From: Oikopleura dioica
Lineage: Eukaryota > Animalia > Chordata
NCBI GenBank assembly: GCA_907165135.1
Contig: OU015569.1
Location: 9,486,001 to 9,550,000, forward strand
Direction: 5' to 3'
DNA: 64,000 bases
Shown here: in pieces, positions 1-14,500 of the stretch
Numbering within the stretch: position 1 is the first letter of the stretch
How the letters are laid out: each line of letters begins with the position of its first letter
Notes under the pieces: model-generated
Database searches by the model: none
Told to the model about the DNA's origin: nothing
What the model saw: the letters and a program-made list of their open reading frames with translations, nothing else
Position numbers and translations under genes: made by a program

Positions 1-368
1 TATGAAATAACAGAGTATTCCCTACATTTTTGCAGTACTCTAAAACACAGAGGACAGCGCCAATCACAATAAGAAGAATAAAAGCGCCAGCAATAAGCAA
101 AACTGGTGGCCCGAATGAAGTAGCTTAAAAAATAATAGAACTAAAGTGAAGGAAAACAAAACATACCCATAAATAGAGTGTACTTGCACGAAAAGTCATC
201 TCCACAAGTTTCAGCTAATGCATTGAGAGTCTCTAAAAATTCTTTTTCTCTTTCTTGATCTCAAAAAATATCCCAAACTCATATTTACTTACTCGTAGTT
301 GTTGTTGCTATAGTACTACTAGGATCTTTCATCTCTAGTTCCCCTTTAACAAACATCGGAAATGTCAT
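1..368 (-). CDS. Small single-pass membrane protein, 3 exons visible, runs off the window start
   Basis: ATG at 368. Two GT-AG introns (~125-167, ~234-292) join in phase to give MTFPMFVKGELEMKDPSSTIATTTTKTLNALAETCGDDFSCKYTLFMATSFGPPVLLIAGAFILLIVIGAVLCVLEYCK. Thr-rich ectodomain followed by a hydrophobic helix. No family recognised. Confidence 0.6.
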
Positions 369-824
369 TTTTTCTATTTTTCTGCTTTGCTACCTTCTCT
401 AAATTAATAAAAACACAAATGAGTTCGCGGGCCTATCGAGAAGGAAAACATCACTGAAAATCGAAATCGTTCCTGTTTTATCGCAGAAGCGGAAACAATT
501 CAGGTAAAAAGGAAATTCCCCCCCCAGTATCAAAATTTTTCATACATGATAAGGCTGGTAACTCGCAACTGCACTCCTGGTAAATATCTAATTCACTGAT
601 ACTCGTTATCGAATTTTATGCCAAGCAAGTATCTTCCTTGATTTCAATGAAAAATTGTTGTTTGTGTTTGAATTTATTGAGGCGTTTTGAGGTAATGGAG
701 CTACAGTAACTGTTACAGAATGTTTATAAAAAGACACTTCATTCTTGTTTTTTTTTACATTAGGGTCAAAAAACGAAGTGCTCTCGATGGTGAACAGAAG
801 TTTTAGTTTTTACAAGTAAATGGC

Positions 825-3800
825 TCAGACCCAATGCTGCGTCTTTGCCTGCAGCGTGTCTGTCGTGAAGTGGCTCATTCGGTCAACTTGGTCCATATGA
901 TCAAGAAGAGACGACTCTTCCATCGAGTTTGAGTTAGTATCTGGGCGACTCTCTTCGTAATTGGACATGGAAAGAACACCGAAGTAGTTTGAACCAGCAT
1001 AAGCAGTATGGCCTAAGAGTTGTTCATAAACAGTGAAATGAGCAAAGTTAAAATAAGCGGATCAAAATTACCTCCGTCATCTGAGACAGATCCTTCATAA
1101 ATTGACTCATCGGGTGCAAGCGGACGTACAACAATTGATGGCATCAGAGAGTCGTAGCGATTTTGTGGGACAGTAACCTTTAAGTTTATTTAAGCTTAAA
1201 CCATCGAGAGCGACAGCGTTTACCTTTACGGAGGAGTCGTGCGCAGCAGGATAGGAATAGACAGTTGCGCCTTCGATCTCTTCTTTCTTGATAGTTGTAG
1301 GTGGCGAATACTTTGTCAAGAATTTCTTCTTTTCCTAATCAGTTTTTATACATTTTAAACAATTTAAAGTACCTCATTCGAGTCTCTTCTAGCTTTTTGT
1401 TTTCTTGAAAAAATGACGGCACCAATAATTATAACAAGTACAACAAGGAGTACTGCAGCAGGAATCACGTATAGCAATGAGCCTAGCTCTAGAGGAACCG
1501 CGGGTGTGTCCTCTTCATCGCTAGCACGAGTGTCTTGAATCGGCGGGGTGACAAATTCTTTCTTAGTCTGAGGCGACTTTGGCCTCAGATCATCGTCTGG
1601 CAGTGTGGTCGGTTTATGCACAAAAGCGCCTTGATGCTCTTGCTCGCCTTCGTCTTTGTGAGAGTACAGTTCATCAGAAGAAATTCCGAAGTGCGGCAGA
1701 AGCGCTGCGTTCACGTCGTCAGCCATTTCAACGGGTGTTGCGAATTCCACTGGTGGTATCATTGACGCCGACACTAGCAACTTTAATTCAGTGGCAACGT
1801 CGTTTGCGCTCGATTCAATAAAAATAACACCCGAATTCATCTCGTTCAGGGTGAACTTTATCGGCGAACACAAAGAGAAGCCATTGAACTCCGTGCAGTT
1901 TACGCTTTCAGAGTTGTTTTTATGTTCAGTCTCCGAAACAGAGCCTTCCAATCGTCGAATCTCCAAACCGTTTGTCTAAATATTTTGTCAGATAGCGAAG
2001 TTGCAATAAAAAATTTTATACCTTTACTGGCTCAAAAAAGATCGGGCTGTATTGAAGAAGTTTCGAGGTGTCCAGAATATCGTCAGTGAACTTAGTAAAA
2101 GGCGAAGGCTGAGGATTAAGGAGTATGTATTCATCTGCCGACTTCACCCCCGAAATCAATTTGACACTAACTGTAGTTTGAGCAACATAATCTTTGACGA
2201 GATCGCTCTTGCATGATAGAACGAATGAGTCTTCTGTCGCCATACCATCGGATATCACGTAATTTATGTGATTCAAACTAGCAGAGTAGAACTTTTTGGA
2301 CTTCAAGGGCTCCGAATCGAGGATAATATTTCCATGCAAAGGACTGGTAGAATGGCAAGAAACACGGCTTAGGTCACCATTGGTAGTAATATTTACAAAT
2401 GTTGAGAGACGAGCTGCTCGATCGCCTTGCGCGATTTCTTAAAAAAAATTATGAATGGTCAATCAACATAAACTCCACCTATTTCTGATGCAACGATTTC
2501 TAGATTGAAAGGTAGAACTTGTATCTGCAACAGTTGAAAGTCCTCGTTATGAAAACCATCGGTAAAACTGATTGTCACGGAGCTAATCTCATTTAGCTTC
2601 GCATCCTCTCTCGGTAAAAACAGGATCATTCCTTCATTCATTTCAGTATTAGTGAAGAATTCGAGCTCATCATCGATTTTGTCGCTTCTTTTGAATTCTC
2701 CGAGGGAAGTTCCTTGATGAATTTTGACAATAATTTCATCACGGTCGCTGTCATATATTTCAAAATCATCTTTGCCAAGCGCATGTGGATGCCCTTCGAT
2801 AATGTTTACAGTGGATTTACTTCTATCTGGAAAGCGCAATTCCGGTATGTTGTCGTTAATTCCTTCAACTTCTATTTGCAAGGTGAAATTTACATTGACT
2901 ATGTCGGGAACGTTCTCGTACTGCTCGTCAATCAAGCGGGCGCTCATTTGAATAGAGTCTGAAGGGAAGTCGGAATGATCGTGGTCGTATCTCAATTTAT
3001 TGGATAAGAAGTTGCCTGGCGTCAACGGATATCCCTTGCGCAGCACCATCCTGTCAAGAAACAATTTTCCATGCTCGGGCACTTTGAGCACTTCGTATTC
3101 GAGTCTATAATCGTTTTTATTTTCTCCGGAACGTACTTTCAGGAAAAAATTCGAAGCGTCGATATATTGATGGTTTATCGTTTCAGAACCACCTTCTTGT
3201 ACTTTCAGGGGGTACAGTTTCGCTAACTGAGGGACATTGTCTTTATCGTAGCTAACTTGAACGAAAAAGTTGTTCTGCTTTAGCGGAGTGGCGGGTTGGG
3301 CGCGGACAGAAAATGTGAAGACGTCTACTGTGTTCCACTGGGTTTGGTCCAGCGCAGCTTTGTAAACAACATTTTTGTTCTTGATGTCGATTTGTGTGAA
3401 GCTTTTTAACTTTGCACCGGAAGCATCGACAATCTCACCGCATGCAGGAGGTCTTTCAATGAAGAACTCAATCACACGATCAGAATCGAGCGCTTCATTT
3501 GTCGTCGCCCAAAGGTTCGTTGGTAGAATAACTTTCGATTCTCCTGGGAAAACTTGGAATTTTTCAGAGGACTTCGTTAGTGAGATCTCCAGCAGCTGTA
3601 TGTCAATTACAAAAGGTGCGCCGGATGAGTAATGTTCACCATCAGTGACTTGAAATGAAAATCGGGATGATGGCGGGCGATCACCTTCTTGGACAAATAT
3701 AATTTGCTCATCGTCGATTTGTTTTTGGCTGAATTTGGAGATCTTCGTTGAATAATCCGCACGATTCGCTAGGTATCCTCCTTTGCAGTCAGATGTTTCA

Positions 3801-6800
3801 TAGACGATTTCGGAAGGATCATTATCCAGATCTGAGTAAAGTAGCTCCTCACGAGTAATAACTTTAGTTGATCCTGCCCAAACTTCGAGGACTTTATTGT
3901 TCTCCATAAAAGGGACTTTGTTGTTAACAGGAGTTATTCTGATTGGAACGACCGTCGCTGCCGACGGGAGATGCCAGCTATCGTCGGCTGAAGGCCTTGC
4001 AATCACCGTCATATTGTCGCTGTGATTTTCGCTGTTGTCATGAATGTAAAGAACCTTGTTTATTGATCCATATTTGAAGCTATGCACGTCGGTTTTTCCT
4101 CCTAGCATCCGGAGAGCTCCAAATGATGGTCCTTTTACAATTTCGACAGTTACATTTGTCATTTTAAGTTCATCCCCTTGGATCTTGATCCCTTTGGACA
4201 AGTAAACGTTGCCACCTTCAACAATATCATGAATGACATCAACAACGACTCTTAGGTGTCGAGGCTCGATGTGTATGCCGATTATGATGTCTTGTAGTGC
4301 TGTGAATTGATTGGTGACTCGAAGTTTGAAAGCGTCTTTGACTTTTCCAGGGACACCGTTGTTTTGGTATTGAATCGCGTCGTGATCAATGTCAGCTTGG
4401 GAAAATTTCGTTACTACGTTTCCAGCAGCGTCAACTAGTTTCCCCAAATTGGGAGCTGCTTCAACTTGGTATTCAATCTCGTTCGGGGCCGACGAAATAT
4501 GGCTCACTTTTAAGTCGTTTCTGCTGACTCGAACGGACTCACCTTCGCGAACGAAAAGATTCTTATTTTCCACGATTCGCATCGGTTTTTGGAAGTCTTT
4601 TAGGAATATTGTGAGTTCAACATTGCGCACATCTGACTCGTATGTATCAAAGTATGCCTTGATTCTAAAAAAGTCGACGTATTTCGGATTTTCATTTGGT
4701 GTGTGTTTTAGTAACAGCCGTCCATCGATCACGTCTTGCTGCGTCCACATGTTCACCTTCTCGCCATTAATTTGGAACTCTGCCTGCGTTGGCGCTTCGA
4801 CGAGAAACCATCGTAAATCACCAGTAGGAATATTGAGATTTGTGGATGCGGAGAGATTCTTCTGGCTTATCTCCGCAAACGAGTCTTTTTGGAGGCTAAT
4901 TGCAGCTGTATTGACAATTTCGACAGCAGCAGGTCCGGCGCGCACTCTTAGGACGCCTGTAGTAGTGAAAGTGCCGTCCTTGACCCAGAAATACACCTCC
5001 GCATAAGAAGCACCAGTGTGGCGAAAAAGAACATTTCGGTCCTTTATGTCTTTCTGAGTGATTTCGAAGGTTTTCTCCCCCGTCCGGCGATCCACAATTG
5101 CTCCGTTGTCAATAGAACGCCAGTTGAGGACCAAATCTTCGTCAGCAAAGTCGGTATCAGCATCTATTAAAAACGTCTTTTAAAATGTTCAAAAGTCATA
5201 AAAAGCTTAAACAAAGCCCGCACGCTATAAATTCGGAAATCATTAAAAAGTCCTTTTGACGTCAGAAAGCGAAATTTGATTAATGAAAACTATAAATTTT
5301 TGGCACAGGTGTTGAACTTACCCGTGAACCATAAATCATCGTTTGTGATGAGACGCTCCGAGTTCGTGACGACTTTGAAAACCCGATCGACGAGCTGAAT
5401 AATTGCTTTTATTTACGACGGCTGCTTAGTTCGATGCCCTAACGATGCAAAACTCTGTCCAAGTTTTGCTCTTCCGTGTCCAAATCAAATCACTTACCCT
5501 TTTAGGTGCATTATCGTTCACAAGACTAATTTTAATCGAAAACGTTTCGGAACGTTTGTTCGCTCTTGTTGTCAACAAGCCTTTGTCCAAGTTTCTAACG
5601 TTGAAAGTAAAGGAGTCATTCCTCGTTTCGCTCCCGTCATGTTCGTAAAAGATGCGCTGGTTCTCAATATCGTCCATCCTAAGACTCCTCATGAACGCCT
5701 CATCGCTATCTTTTTTGTTGCCGATTTTGATTTTACGCAGTTTTCCGTGTTTAGGTAAATCAATCAATTCTAAGTCGATTCGTTCGCCCTTCAAGTTAGA
5801 TGCGTATAAGTGATCCTGGCGAATCACCATCTTTGCCCCTTCATTTACCAGAAGTTCATTGTTCACCAGGAAAATCTTCTCTGGATCAGGTTTGTAGTTA
5901 ACTCGGAACTCGTTAGACGTCTCCAGATGATCTATTTTGATTTTGACGTAGAGAATATCGTCCAGACGCTGGCGGATTTCGTCGTCGGGGCGAATCGCCA
6001 CTTTGCCTGCCAGGAAGTCCGAGTACTTTAACGGCTGTCCGATACGAATAGACTCGTCGCCAACGTAGATCGTCGATTTCGTTGGCAAGGAAGTGAAAGT
6101 GACCAACGCATCGGAAGCATCAATCAAGTGTCCGCCAACGGTTCTCGCCTCGATGGAGAAACATTCTTTGCCCAAAACAACGCTTGAAGAGTCGACGAGG
6201 TCAACAGAATTTTTCTCGAGCATAAACTCGATTTCGATGATGGTTACTTTGATCTTTGCTATTTTGTCGGTCCTTATTTCCTTTGATCCTGATCCCGCGT
6301 AGATTTGAAGCTCGATTGTGTCAATTTTCTGGTATGTCTTGCCTTGTCGATGGACGTACTTGACTCTTTCCTCGTTGACATCTTGCTGTGTGAAACTCTC
6401 TGCGAGAGTCCACTCGTTATTTTCGTCCAACAGAAGGAGCTCACCGATTTCTGGTATTTCCCAAACTTCGAAGCGTATCGGAATATCATCTGCTGGTGCG
6501 TTTGTAGCATATTTGATTAACTGATCCGTGATGATTTTCTCTGATCCTTGCCTAACTTCGATGATGTTATTCCGTACTGGTCTCACTTCCAGCTGTGCAG
6601 GATGAATGTTGAGAAAACCGATGTTAGATTCTGAGCTGTTATTGCTGGAAGAATCTTTAGCACGCAGAGAAAACTTGATAGGCTCACTCTCATCTTTGCC
6701 AACATAGAAGAAAATTCGGCCATCATTGATGTCTTTTAGAGTGAAGCTCACTATTCCACCGCAGAAAGCATTTCCTGGACATTCAACATGAGAAAGCATT

Positions 6801-8519
6801 GTGTTGTCGTCTTTGAAATGAAAATAGCGATCCTTGGTCTCAATAAATCCAAATACGTAGATGAAAATCTCTTCCGGTGGGCTCTCAGGGTCAACCAGTC
6901 GTAATAAGTCATTAGTCCACTGATTTGAAAAACCAATCACTGGTCGGTAAACGAAATCATTTGGTATGTGAAATGACGGTTTGTCGTTGACAGGCTTGAC
7001 TTTGACGTGAAACACGTACTCGTTTGCGCCGTTTTTGGTCATGATTTTGAAGAGATCGTTCGAGTGCTCTGATCCATCGTTGTAGTAGGAGATGATCGCC
7101 ACTTCAGAGGATTTGAACTCGTCTATTTCTTCGTCTCCGTTTTCGATTGAGCCGAAGGTCGGCTTTTGACTGACCTCAAGTATACGCGGCGACTTTCCAA
7201 AAGCAGGTGAAATGAATCTTATTAAACTGAAACTCTCTCCCTCATTCACTTCTACATTGATTACTTTGCTGATCTTCTGGATAGGAACAGAGTTCCTAAG
7301 AGGTCCTTCGTCAATTCCACAGCCAATATTCATCGCATACGAGATTCGTACATCGCCAGATGTCATTTCTTTTCCATTGATCGCCAATCCTTTGAAGCAG
7401 ACGGAGTCTTTGCCAAGCTCGACAGAATCAGTTTTATCGACGGCTATCATCACTAGACCAGTCATTTCTAAGCTGCGTTCCTTTTCGATCTTGTCTGGAA
7501 ACTCGACTGACTTCGGACTGCGTGGCGAATTGCACCCAATGCTCGGGTTCGAGCCAGGCCTGACTGTTGCTGTTACCAAGTGCCACCCATCTTGTGGGCT
7601 TTTCTTGTCGATGCAGGACACGGTCGTATTCCATTTTACCGCGCCTTGAATAGTCAAATACAACGATACGTATTCATTGTCATAATTGATAGTCAAGAAA
7701 CCATCGTCCATGATTGTCGGAATTTTGACCAGATTTCCGGAAATACTTTCCGACTTGAATTTAAACTGTAAATTAATCGTTTTGAGGGCGATTCCATCTT
7801 TCGCCACCAGAAAACTTGCATATCCACCTTTTCTCCTGGAGAATGAAAATGTTTCTTTCTTCGTGTTTTTAAGGACAGAAGAGCATCCTCTCAGAACATT
7901 TCGCTGTTTGGTGCTTTGCGGAATCGATTTTGGCGAGATAAGCGCGACATTGTTAAATTCGAGGGATTTGATGCACCCGCGAAAGCCAGAAATAGTGTTG
8001 ACCGTTTTGGCGATCGCTGTTCCTATCTTCACGCCCTTGGTAAAGTCGAGATGTGTGTCTTCCGCATGTATCGTTGTTGTGACGGGAAGGTCACTGTCAA
8101 TGGTGAGTGAGATCTTATTGTTTAGCCGAAAGATCCGGAGGACATGGTACTCGGGCGTCGAAGTTATCACGAGCGTGCTACTCAGGGACACTTCTTGCGT
8201 TCCAGGCAGTTTCAGCAATATGTACGGACGACCTAGGGACACGCCAATTTCCAAATGACAATCTTTCCCCTTCGCGGAAAAGATAATGCCTCTTTCTTGA
8301 ACCGTGAGAAACTTGATGACGATCGTATTCGAATTAAGGTCCGCATTTTCGAGGTACCGCGAATCATATTCGACGAATGAATTTCCGAAAAAACTTGATC
8401 CTATACCAGGCTTGAAATTTAAGTTACTTTCTGCGGTTCAAACATGATCTATCAAATCAGATACTATCTAAGCCCGTTCCTAGAGCAAGTGTCCAGAGCA
8501 ATAAGAAAAGATTCTTCAT
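825..8519 (-). CDS. CSPG4: Chondroitin sulfate proteoglycan 4 / NG2 orthologue (LamG domains, CSPG repeats, TM helix, PDZ-binding tail), about 9 exons
   Basis: Signal-peptide exon MKNLFLLLWTLALG (ATG 8519), then SSFFGNSFVEY, like the vertebrate ASFFG start. LamG-like region, many CSPG repeats (HDGSETRNDSFTF, PVNDKP, VNDNAP) in ORFs 5426-8254 and 2459-5134. TM helix LLYVIPAAVLLVVLVIIIGAVIF. Last exon ends QHWV* (stop 825-827), matching the vertebrate QYWV PDZ motif. Confidence 0.93.
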
Positions 8520-11500
8520 TCACGAAATAAGTTCTTTCTCCAAGTCACCGCATACTCTCTCTTTTTTTATTTTTCTCGTTGTTTCTATCTTCAATTTTTA
8601 AATGTCTTCTGAGACTTCCGAATTTTGAATTTGCTCTTCGAAAATGTTTGGTAGTAGATTTTTCTGTCAATATGAAATTTCTGACTCGTCTTGTGTTACT
8701 GGGCCAGCTCCAAGTTATTCACAGCAGCTTAGCAGCTTCATCTAAAAGGGAGCATCATTTCTAATTCAGGCAACTTTTACAGCCCACGTGTGATTTGCCA
8801 CTTCCGTTGATTTAACCGCTCAACATCCAAAAATTACTCAGAATTTCTGGCAAAAAAGGACAGCCTTTGAGTCATAATCTTAGATGTGGAAAAGTCATAA
8901 GTAGCGGCGTTCTCGCGTTTACTACCTTTTGTACTTTCAAACAACGCTACTTATAAATATTTCGATTTCGTCTCTATGTTGCCGAGTGAAATAATTGGAC
9001 TTGATCTCCCTATTTTAGCTTTTAGCGGAGCTGAGGGCGTCATCTCTTTCGATAAAGGAAGGAAATTGCGTCCGAAAGTCGGAAACGCGAGATTTCCAAC
9101 TAATGGACTCCTTCTGGCGACACGGATACTTCAAAAACGCCGCAATCGAAGCGCTTATGACAAACTTATTGTCCGAGCACGTTTGATAATCTGAGCTCCT
9201 CCGTGGGCCGTGACCGATAAGACGCTCTCAAACACTTTCAACAGAATTATTTCTCCGTTTTTTTCAAGCAAAATTGATGTTCTCTATTATTCAATATATT
9301 TGAAATATGATTTATGGACGGAAATAAATATGAATTAAAGAAGACTTACATGCTTAGATCAACAGCTTAATTTAATTAAGAATATCTGTTTTTGAATTTC
9401 TCTTGCTGAGCGGATTTATTGCTATCTGGGGTTGGTTTCTGGCTTTGGTAGGTACCTAGTTACACAGCTATACATGCGCCGTTTTACGAGCTCTCTCGAC
9501 TCTTTCATATTCTCTATCATGATTCTCGTAATAAAATCTAGACGCGATCAACAAATTGATTTCAAACTTGCGGCTCATCTACTTTCACTAAATCCGCGGC
9601 GAAAATTGAGAAAACAATAAAATGGATGAGATTCACCGCAAATCCTAATTTTGATTTACCGGTACCTCGAAAAAAAATTACCTTCTATGATATTTTCCTG
9701 TTCAATTCTTTTCTCTCTTTCCTTTTCTTTTGGGTCGCTGTGAGCTTCGAAAAAATAGGAAATTTGAATTCAAAAAGAAAACGAAGCCCGTTTTTGTCTT
9801 CGAACAAAGCCAAGTACCCACGAGCGAGTTACCATGCTGCTCTAAGTCGGGCTCGGCGAAGAAAAAAAAAACGATGATGGTGAAAAAAAAGAAAGACCAG
9901 TCTTTTGTGGGTAAAAGGGCGAAAAATGCGCCTGCCACGGGGCTCACGGTCCACGGAGCTGGAGGGACCGGGAAAATATGAATCAATCGTCATGGATCAC
10001 TAGAGATGTGAGTTAAGTTGCTCGATAAGGAGCTACAAGACGAGTGAGTTTCTTAAAACTCGAAAAACTGATTAATTTAAATCCCGTTTTCGAGGAATCT
10101 TGTCCAAGTAAAAAAGTATTGCCAAATAGTAGTATCTCGCTGTGAAAGTTGTTTTTTTCGGAACAGACTGACTCTGGAAATCGATAACCATAAAGTCGTT
10201 ATTCATGAGCGCTTATGATTTTTATACGATGGGAAAATACTTATTGGGGACAATGAAAAGGTGCGAAATGTATCATTTCGTGGATTTTATGGTGTAAAAT
10301 CGAGATTCTGACGTGCTCAATCCTGAAGACCTGTTTAACCCTCTGCTTATGATTTTTCCCTTATTTGGGACGCTTCTCTTGGTCAAAGAATAATTACCTG
10401 TGCGATATCAATGGAAGCATTTTCAGATCTTCTTGGAAAGCGGGAAAACTCTGTTGGCGCAAAATTGCTCAGTTCAAGAAGGTTTCCGTCTTCATAATGC
10501 CCCTTCTCTCTTATCTACTGAAAATGCATAATTAGCTCGACCTTGGCATTTTTAATGAGTCAAACAGACGCCACCATAAAAACGAGCTCCGTGGCTGGAC
10601 TTGGCAAGTGAAAATTATTTTTTCCTTTTGAACTAGTGGCTCGTCAATGTCCAATTTCAGCGACTTTCTGAACCGCCCTCCGGACAGCAGTGAGCTCAGC
10701 TCAGCCAACCAGCCCAAGAAAATTTAACAATGGAATTTGAAGTATTTATCAAACTGGAGTAGCAGTCGATCATTGTCGACGACACAAGATAGGGCTAATT
10801 GATGGTCATTATTGCTCCTGGATTGCTTCGCAACTTGTGAGTCCCAACCCTCAGCCGAGAACAAGGCCCATAAACAGCAGTCTTCAGCGACTGTTGTGAG
10901 AACGCTGGAATGTTACTCAGTAGAATACAATTTGCGAGTCGAGATTAAGAATCACATTTGGTTGGCTTATTATCGGAAAGGGCTTTGGAGCTTTGAGAGG
11001 GGATAAAGCTCGAGAACGGCACCTGCAGAAGGTCATGTTGCCAATTAATCTGCTGGAATCCGCTGCTGAGTTTGATACATTTCGACAAGCGAGGGACAGG
11101 CGAACCGCACTTCCAATAATCAGCATTCGACGAGTATCAGATCCACATTGCAATTGATCATATTGCAAACGGCAGAGAGTCGCATTAAATGCATTCTATT
11201 TTCACCAAGTTTCGGAGAAAAACCGCCAAGCTAGCTCCAAAGACAAAGGTAAGCGACATCTATGTAAGAGTCAGATCAAAGAGTAAGAGTAAGATTACTG
11301 TCTTTGAATTCGCACTCTGCAGTCAAGATAATTTCTTCACAGAGGTATTAAGACGCATTAATGCAGCAAGATTGCTTAAAATACAGCTCTTGAGGAAAGC
11401 GCGAAAACGGTCTCAAGGGGCTTGTTCACCTGCTCCGGGTAATCCTAACAGTAGTCATTAGATATAGTCTAATATGGATGTATAGAATATGTTCTCCTGT

Positions 11501-14500
11501 GACTGTTTACACCTACAGATGGCAGTGACGGCTTAATTTAACGCATTTGTGAGCACCACATGCAGAGAGGAGGAGCATTATAAATTCAGTTTTTGCGTTT
11601 TGCAGCTCAACGCACTGTCCTCTTCCCACAGACACTTTTCAAACATATACTGAAACAGAGAAAGCATCAAAACGAATCATGACCTTCATTTTCAATAAAT
11701 TGCCACGTCAGTTTTTACAGAACAAAAATTCTGACAAGATTCGGTTTCATTTCCTTTTGCCTATTTTGAAACCGAGCAGAAGAAACGCTCCATGCGAAGA
11801 CCTCTATACGATCCGATTCTAGGGGCTGAAAACGGATAATTTTCAGTATAATTTATACACCATAATTTATGCTTAACTAAGTCATCAAAAATTTCTCAGC
11901 TTCATCAAGAACAAAATGTATCAGCAAAAAGATAGAAGGGGGTCAGATCCTGTAAGTAATATAGCACACCTATTTTTTATCGTTTTCAATCGCCATATGT
12001 TGATTTTTATCTCAGATTTGAAAGAACAATATATTTCTTGAACTCGAGTTCATTCTTATTCTAACAAAAATTTTATGTATTAGGTTTACTGCCTAGAATT
12101 ATTTAAAATAATTTATTTTTCTAACGCAACAAGCAAGGCTTTGGCAATCTCAATCGGACATTCACTGGCCCGAAATTTGGACCCTTAAATTTTTTTCGAC
12201 AGATTTTAGTGCTCGAACTCGCCAGAAATTCAGGAATTCGGGCAAAAAAGATACGTTTCTAACGCCAATAATTGAAATGAAATCATCTGATTCAATTCTT
12301 TTATATGGGAAATGCTAATTTTTGACTCTTGAGACAGTTAGGGTTATTTACAGATATGAACTTACATGGTTCATTAATTATATACTCGCAGGCTAAAAAT
12401 ACGATTCTAATGAACAACTCAATAGTCTTTGGGTTCGAAAATATAAAAGAAGAAATATAAAGACTTCAATTAGCAGCAGCAAAGAATTAAAAAGGATGTT
12501 TTTTAAAGAGCAGAGCATTTTATTAATGGCAAAGTGACAGATTTATCATGGATTATTCTTCGAGCCTGTCAGATTTCTCGTATTCCTTTGAATAATTTCA
12601 GTAATGTTGCTGTTGTACAGTTAAATTTCATTAAATGTAGTTTTGGACTCGACATGTACAAATATGTATGAGCACTTGAGTTGCTCGTCGGAGCATAATT
12701 AAGGGAATAGAAAAAGAATCACATATTGGTTTCTTTGGCTTAGCGGCGGTTATCGGCAGTATGCGATTATTCGCCAGCGAATATCCTAAGTCTTTCGATT
12801 GAGTCCGGTCTCGCTGCTCACAAAGAGGAGTAGTAGTTTTTTAATTGGAATTGAACTGCCACCGCATCTCAAACTAAAAAAGACGGACTTTGAAAGCGAA
12901 TCTCGGCAAATATACTGTTTTGAAAATCGAGCAAGAGAATCATGGCAATGCATTTGCGGAGATTTTCGCAGCTAAACAAGTCCAACTTGTCTGATCCAAG
13001 GGAAGAGAGTTGTTTATTTAACAAAGTCATTTTCTTAAATTACTTCGACGATCCTCCGAAATCTAATAAAGTTAGTCGCGGGAAGGCGCCGATATAAGTT
13101 TAACAATAAAAAAAACTCTTGAAGGGATTACATGACATATTCAAAGAAGAATTCTGTGAGTTCAAAAAATTTATTTTACCTTTGATGAATATTTATTGAG
13201 GATGTTTTTTAATGATTTTGTGGAATTTAATTAACCAAAATATGTTTTTGCGCAGCCCAAAGAGGTTGGTCTTCTCGGGGGACTGACTATCACAGCCCAG
13301 TTAGCTGGTTATCAATCTCAGACAAGGATTTGAATACAGTCCGGGTAACACGGACTTGATTACTTTTTCCTCAATACTGTAAGTTTTAAATTACAGCCGC
13401 AGAGTAGCAATAGGCATAAGTTGCAGAGCTTCGAGTATGACAATGATCGGAGCTCTTGCAAATCGAAAGAGATCTAATTCTTGCAGAAATAGTAGAAGGC
13501 AAAAGTCAGTGAGTTAAATTGGACAGACTTCCCCAAATCTGCCAAATCTTGCTAGCGTAATTGAATCAACTCTCAATCAAATATTCAACCTCTTTAGATG
13601 TTGTTACGACTTGTTGACTATATTTTAGCTCGTTCTTCAGAATCGAGCGGCCAACTACGAGAGAAACAATAATGGTAAGTTTGTGCTATCTCAGTCGTGG
13701 AGTACGATAAGTATGCTTGACGGTAACTTATCAATAGTTTCTTGCGGCGGGGGTGAAGCTGTATCGTTTAAGAATTAATGCGCGATAAATATTTAAGTCG
13801 GGTTACTTTTCACCAGTATGCGGGTGCTCGAAATAAGCCACAGTAGGACACAGTTACAAACATGTTTGTTTTTAAGCTAAGAGAAAACTTCAAACGAATC
13901 GAATCCGAGAGAACGAGTTTTGATAGTTGGGGTTCCTCACGCTAACAATAGTTAATTTGATCAGTTCTTTTTTGTAATGGAACAAACTCATGCGGGTGTA
14001 ATTATTCAAAGCTAAATCAAGGCCGTTCCAGACCCTGAAAGACAGCTTATGACTGAGAGGGTTCAGATTATTCTGACAGAGCAGATTTTCTTCGAGCAGA
14101 AAATCGATGTATCTACCGAAAAGATATACAACAAGAACGTTTAATGTTACAGTCATTATCGAGAGAACAGTCAAGCAGCTTTCAAAAATGTGGCTATTCA
14201 AAATGAGAGTGCAAAATGACCAACTAGGTGGCATGGGTTTAAGCACAATTGCCGTATTTTTTGTCGTTTTTCTAAAAACTTCTTAGTCGATTTAAATCGT
14301 GTTTGAAGTAAACCCTCAAGTGAATTCAGATCTTATACTTAGTCCAAGTAAAGTTCACGCGACTTTGAATTTCTATTAATTTTGAATGCACTCGATGAAC
14401 TGATCAAACAGTCCTATTCAAACTCGGTCCGGCCGGAAAAGTGTTAACTAATTGAGACGCTCTGAATCGTATTTACAAATAAATTAGAAGTTAAATTTCG

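Noticed and set aside
4389-8258. Long + strand ORFs (4389-5006, 7212-7649, 7686-8258 and others)
   Set aside because: Antisense shadows of the large CSPG4 exons, with no independent motifs.
8672-8764. MKFLTRLVLLGQLQVIHSSLAASSKREHHF*, a signal-peptide-like micro-ORF with a KR site
   Set aside because: Only 30 aa, wrong strand to be the CSPG4 leader, and no splice or other support.
9626-9986. Lys- and Phe-rich ORFs on both strands
   Set aside because: Products of poly-A/T low-complexity sequence upstream of CSPG4.
13305-13350. tRNA/SINE-like stretch GCCCAGTTAGCT...GGATTTGAATAC
   Set aside because: A and B boxes are degenerate and no cloverleaf can be folded.
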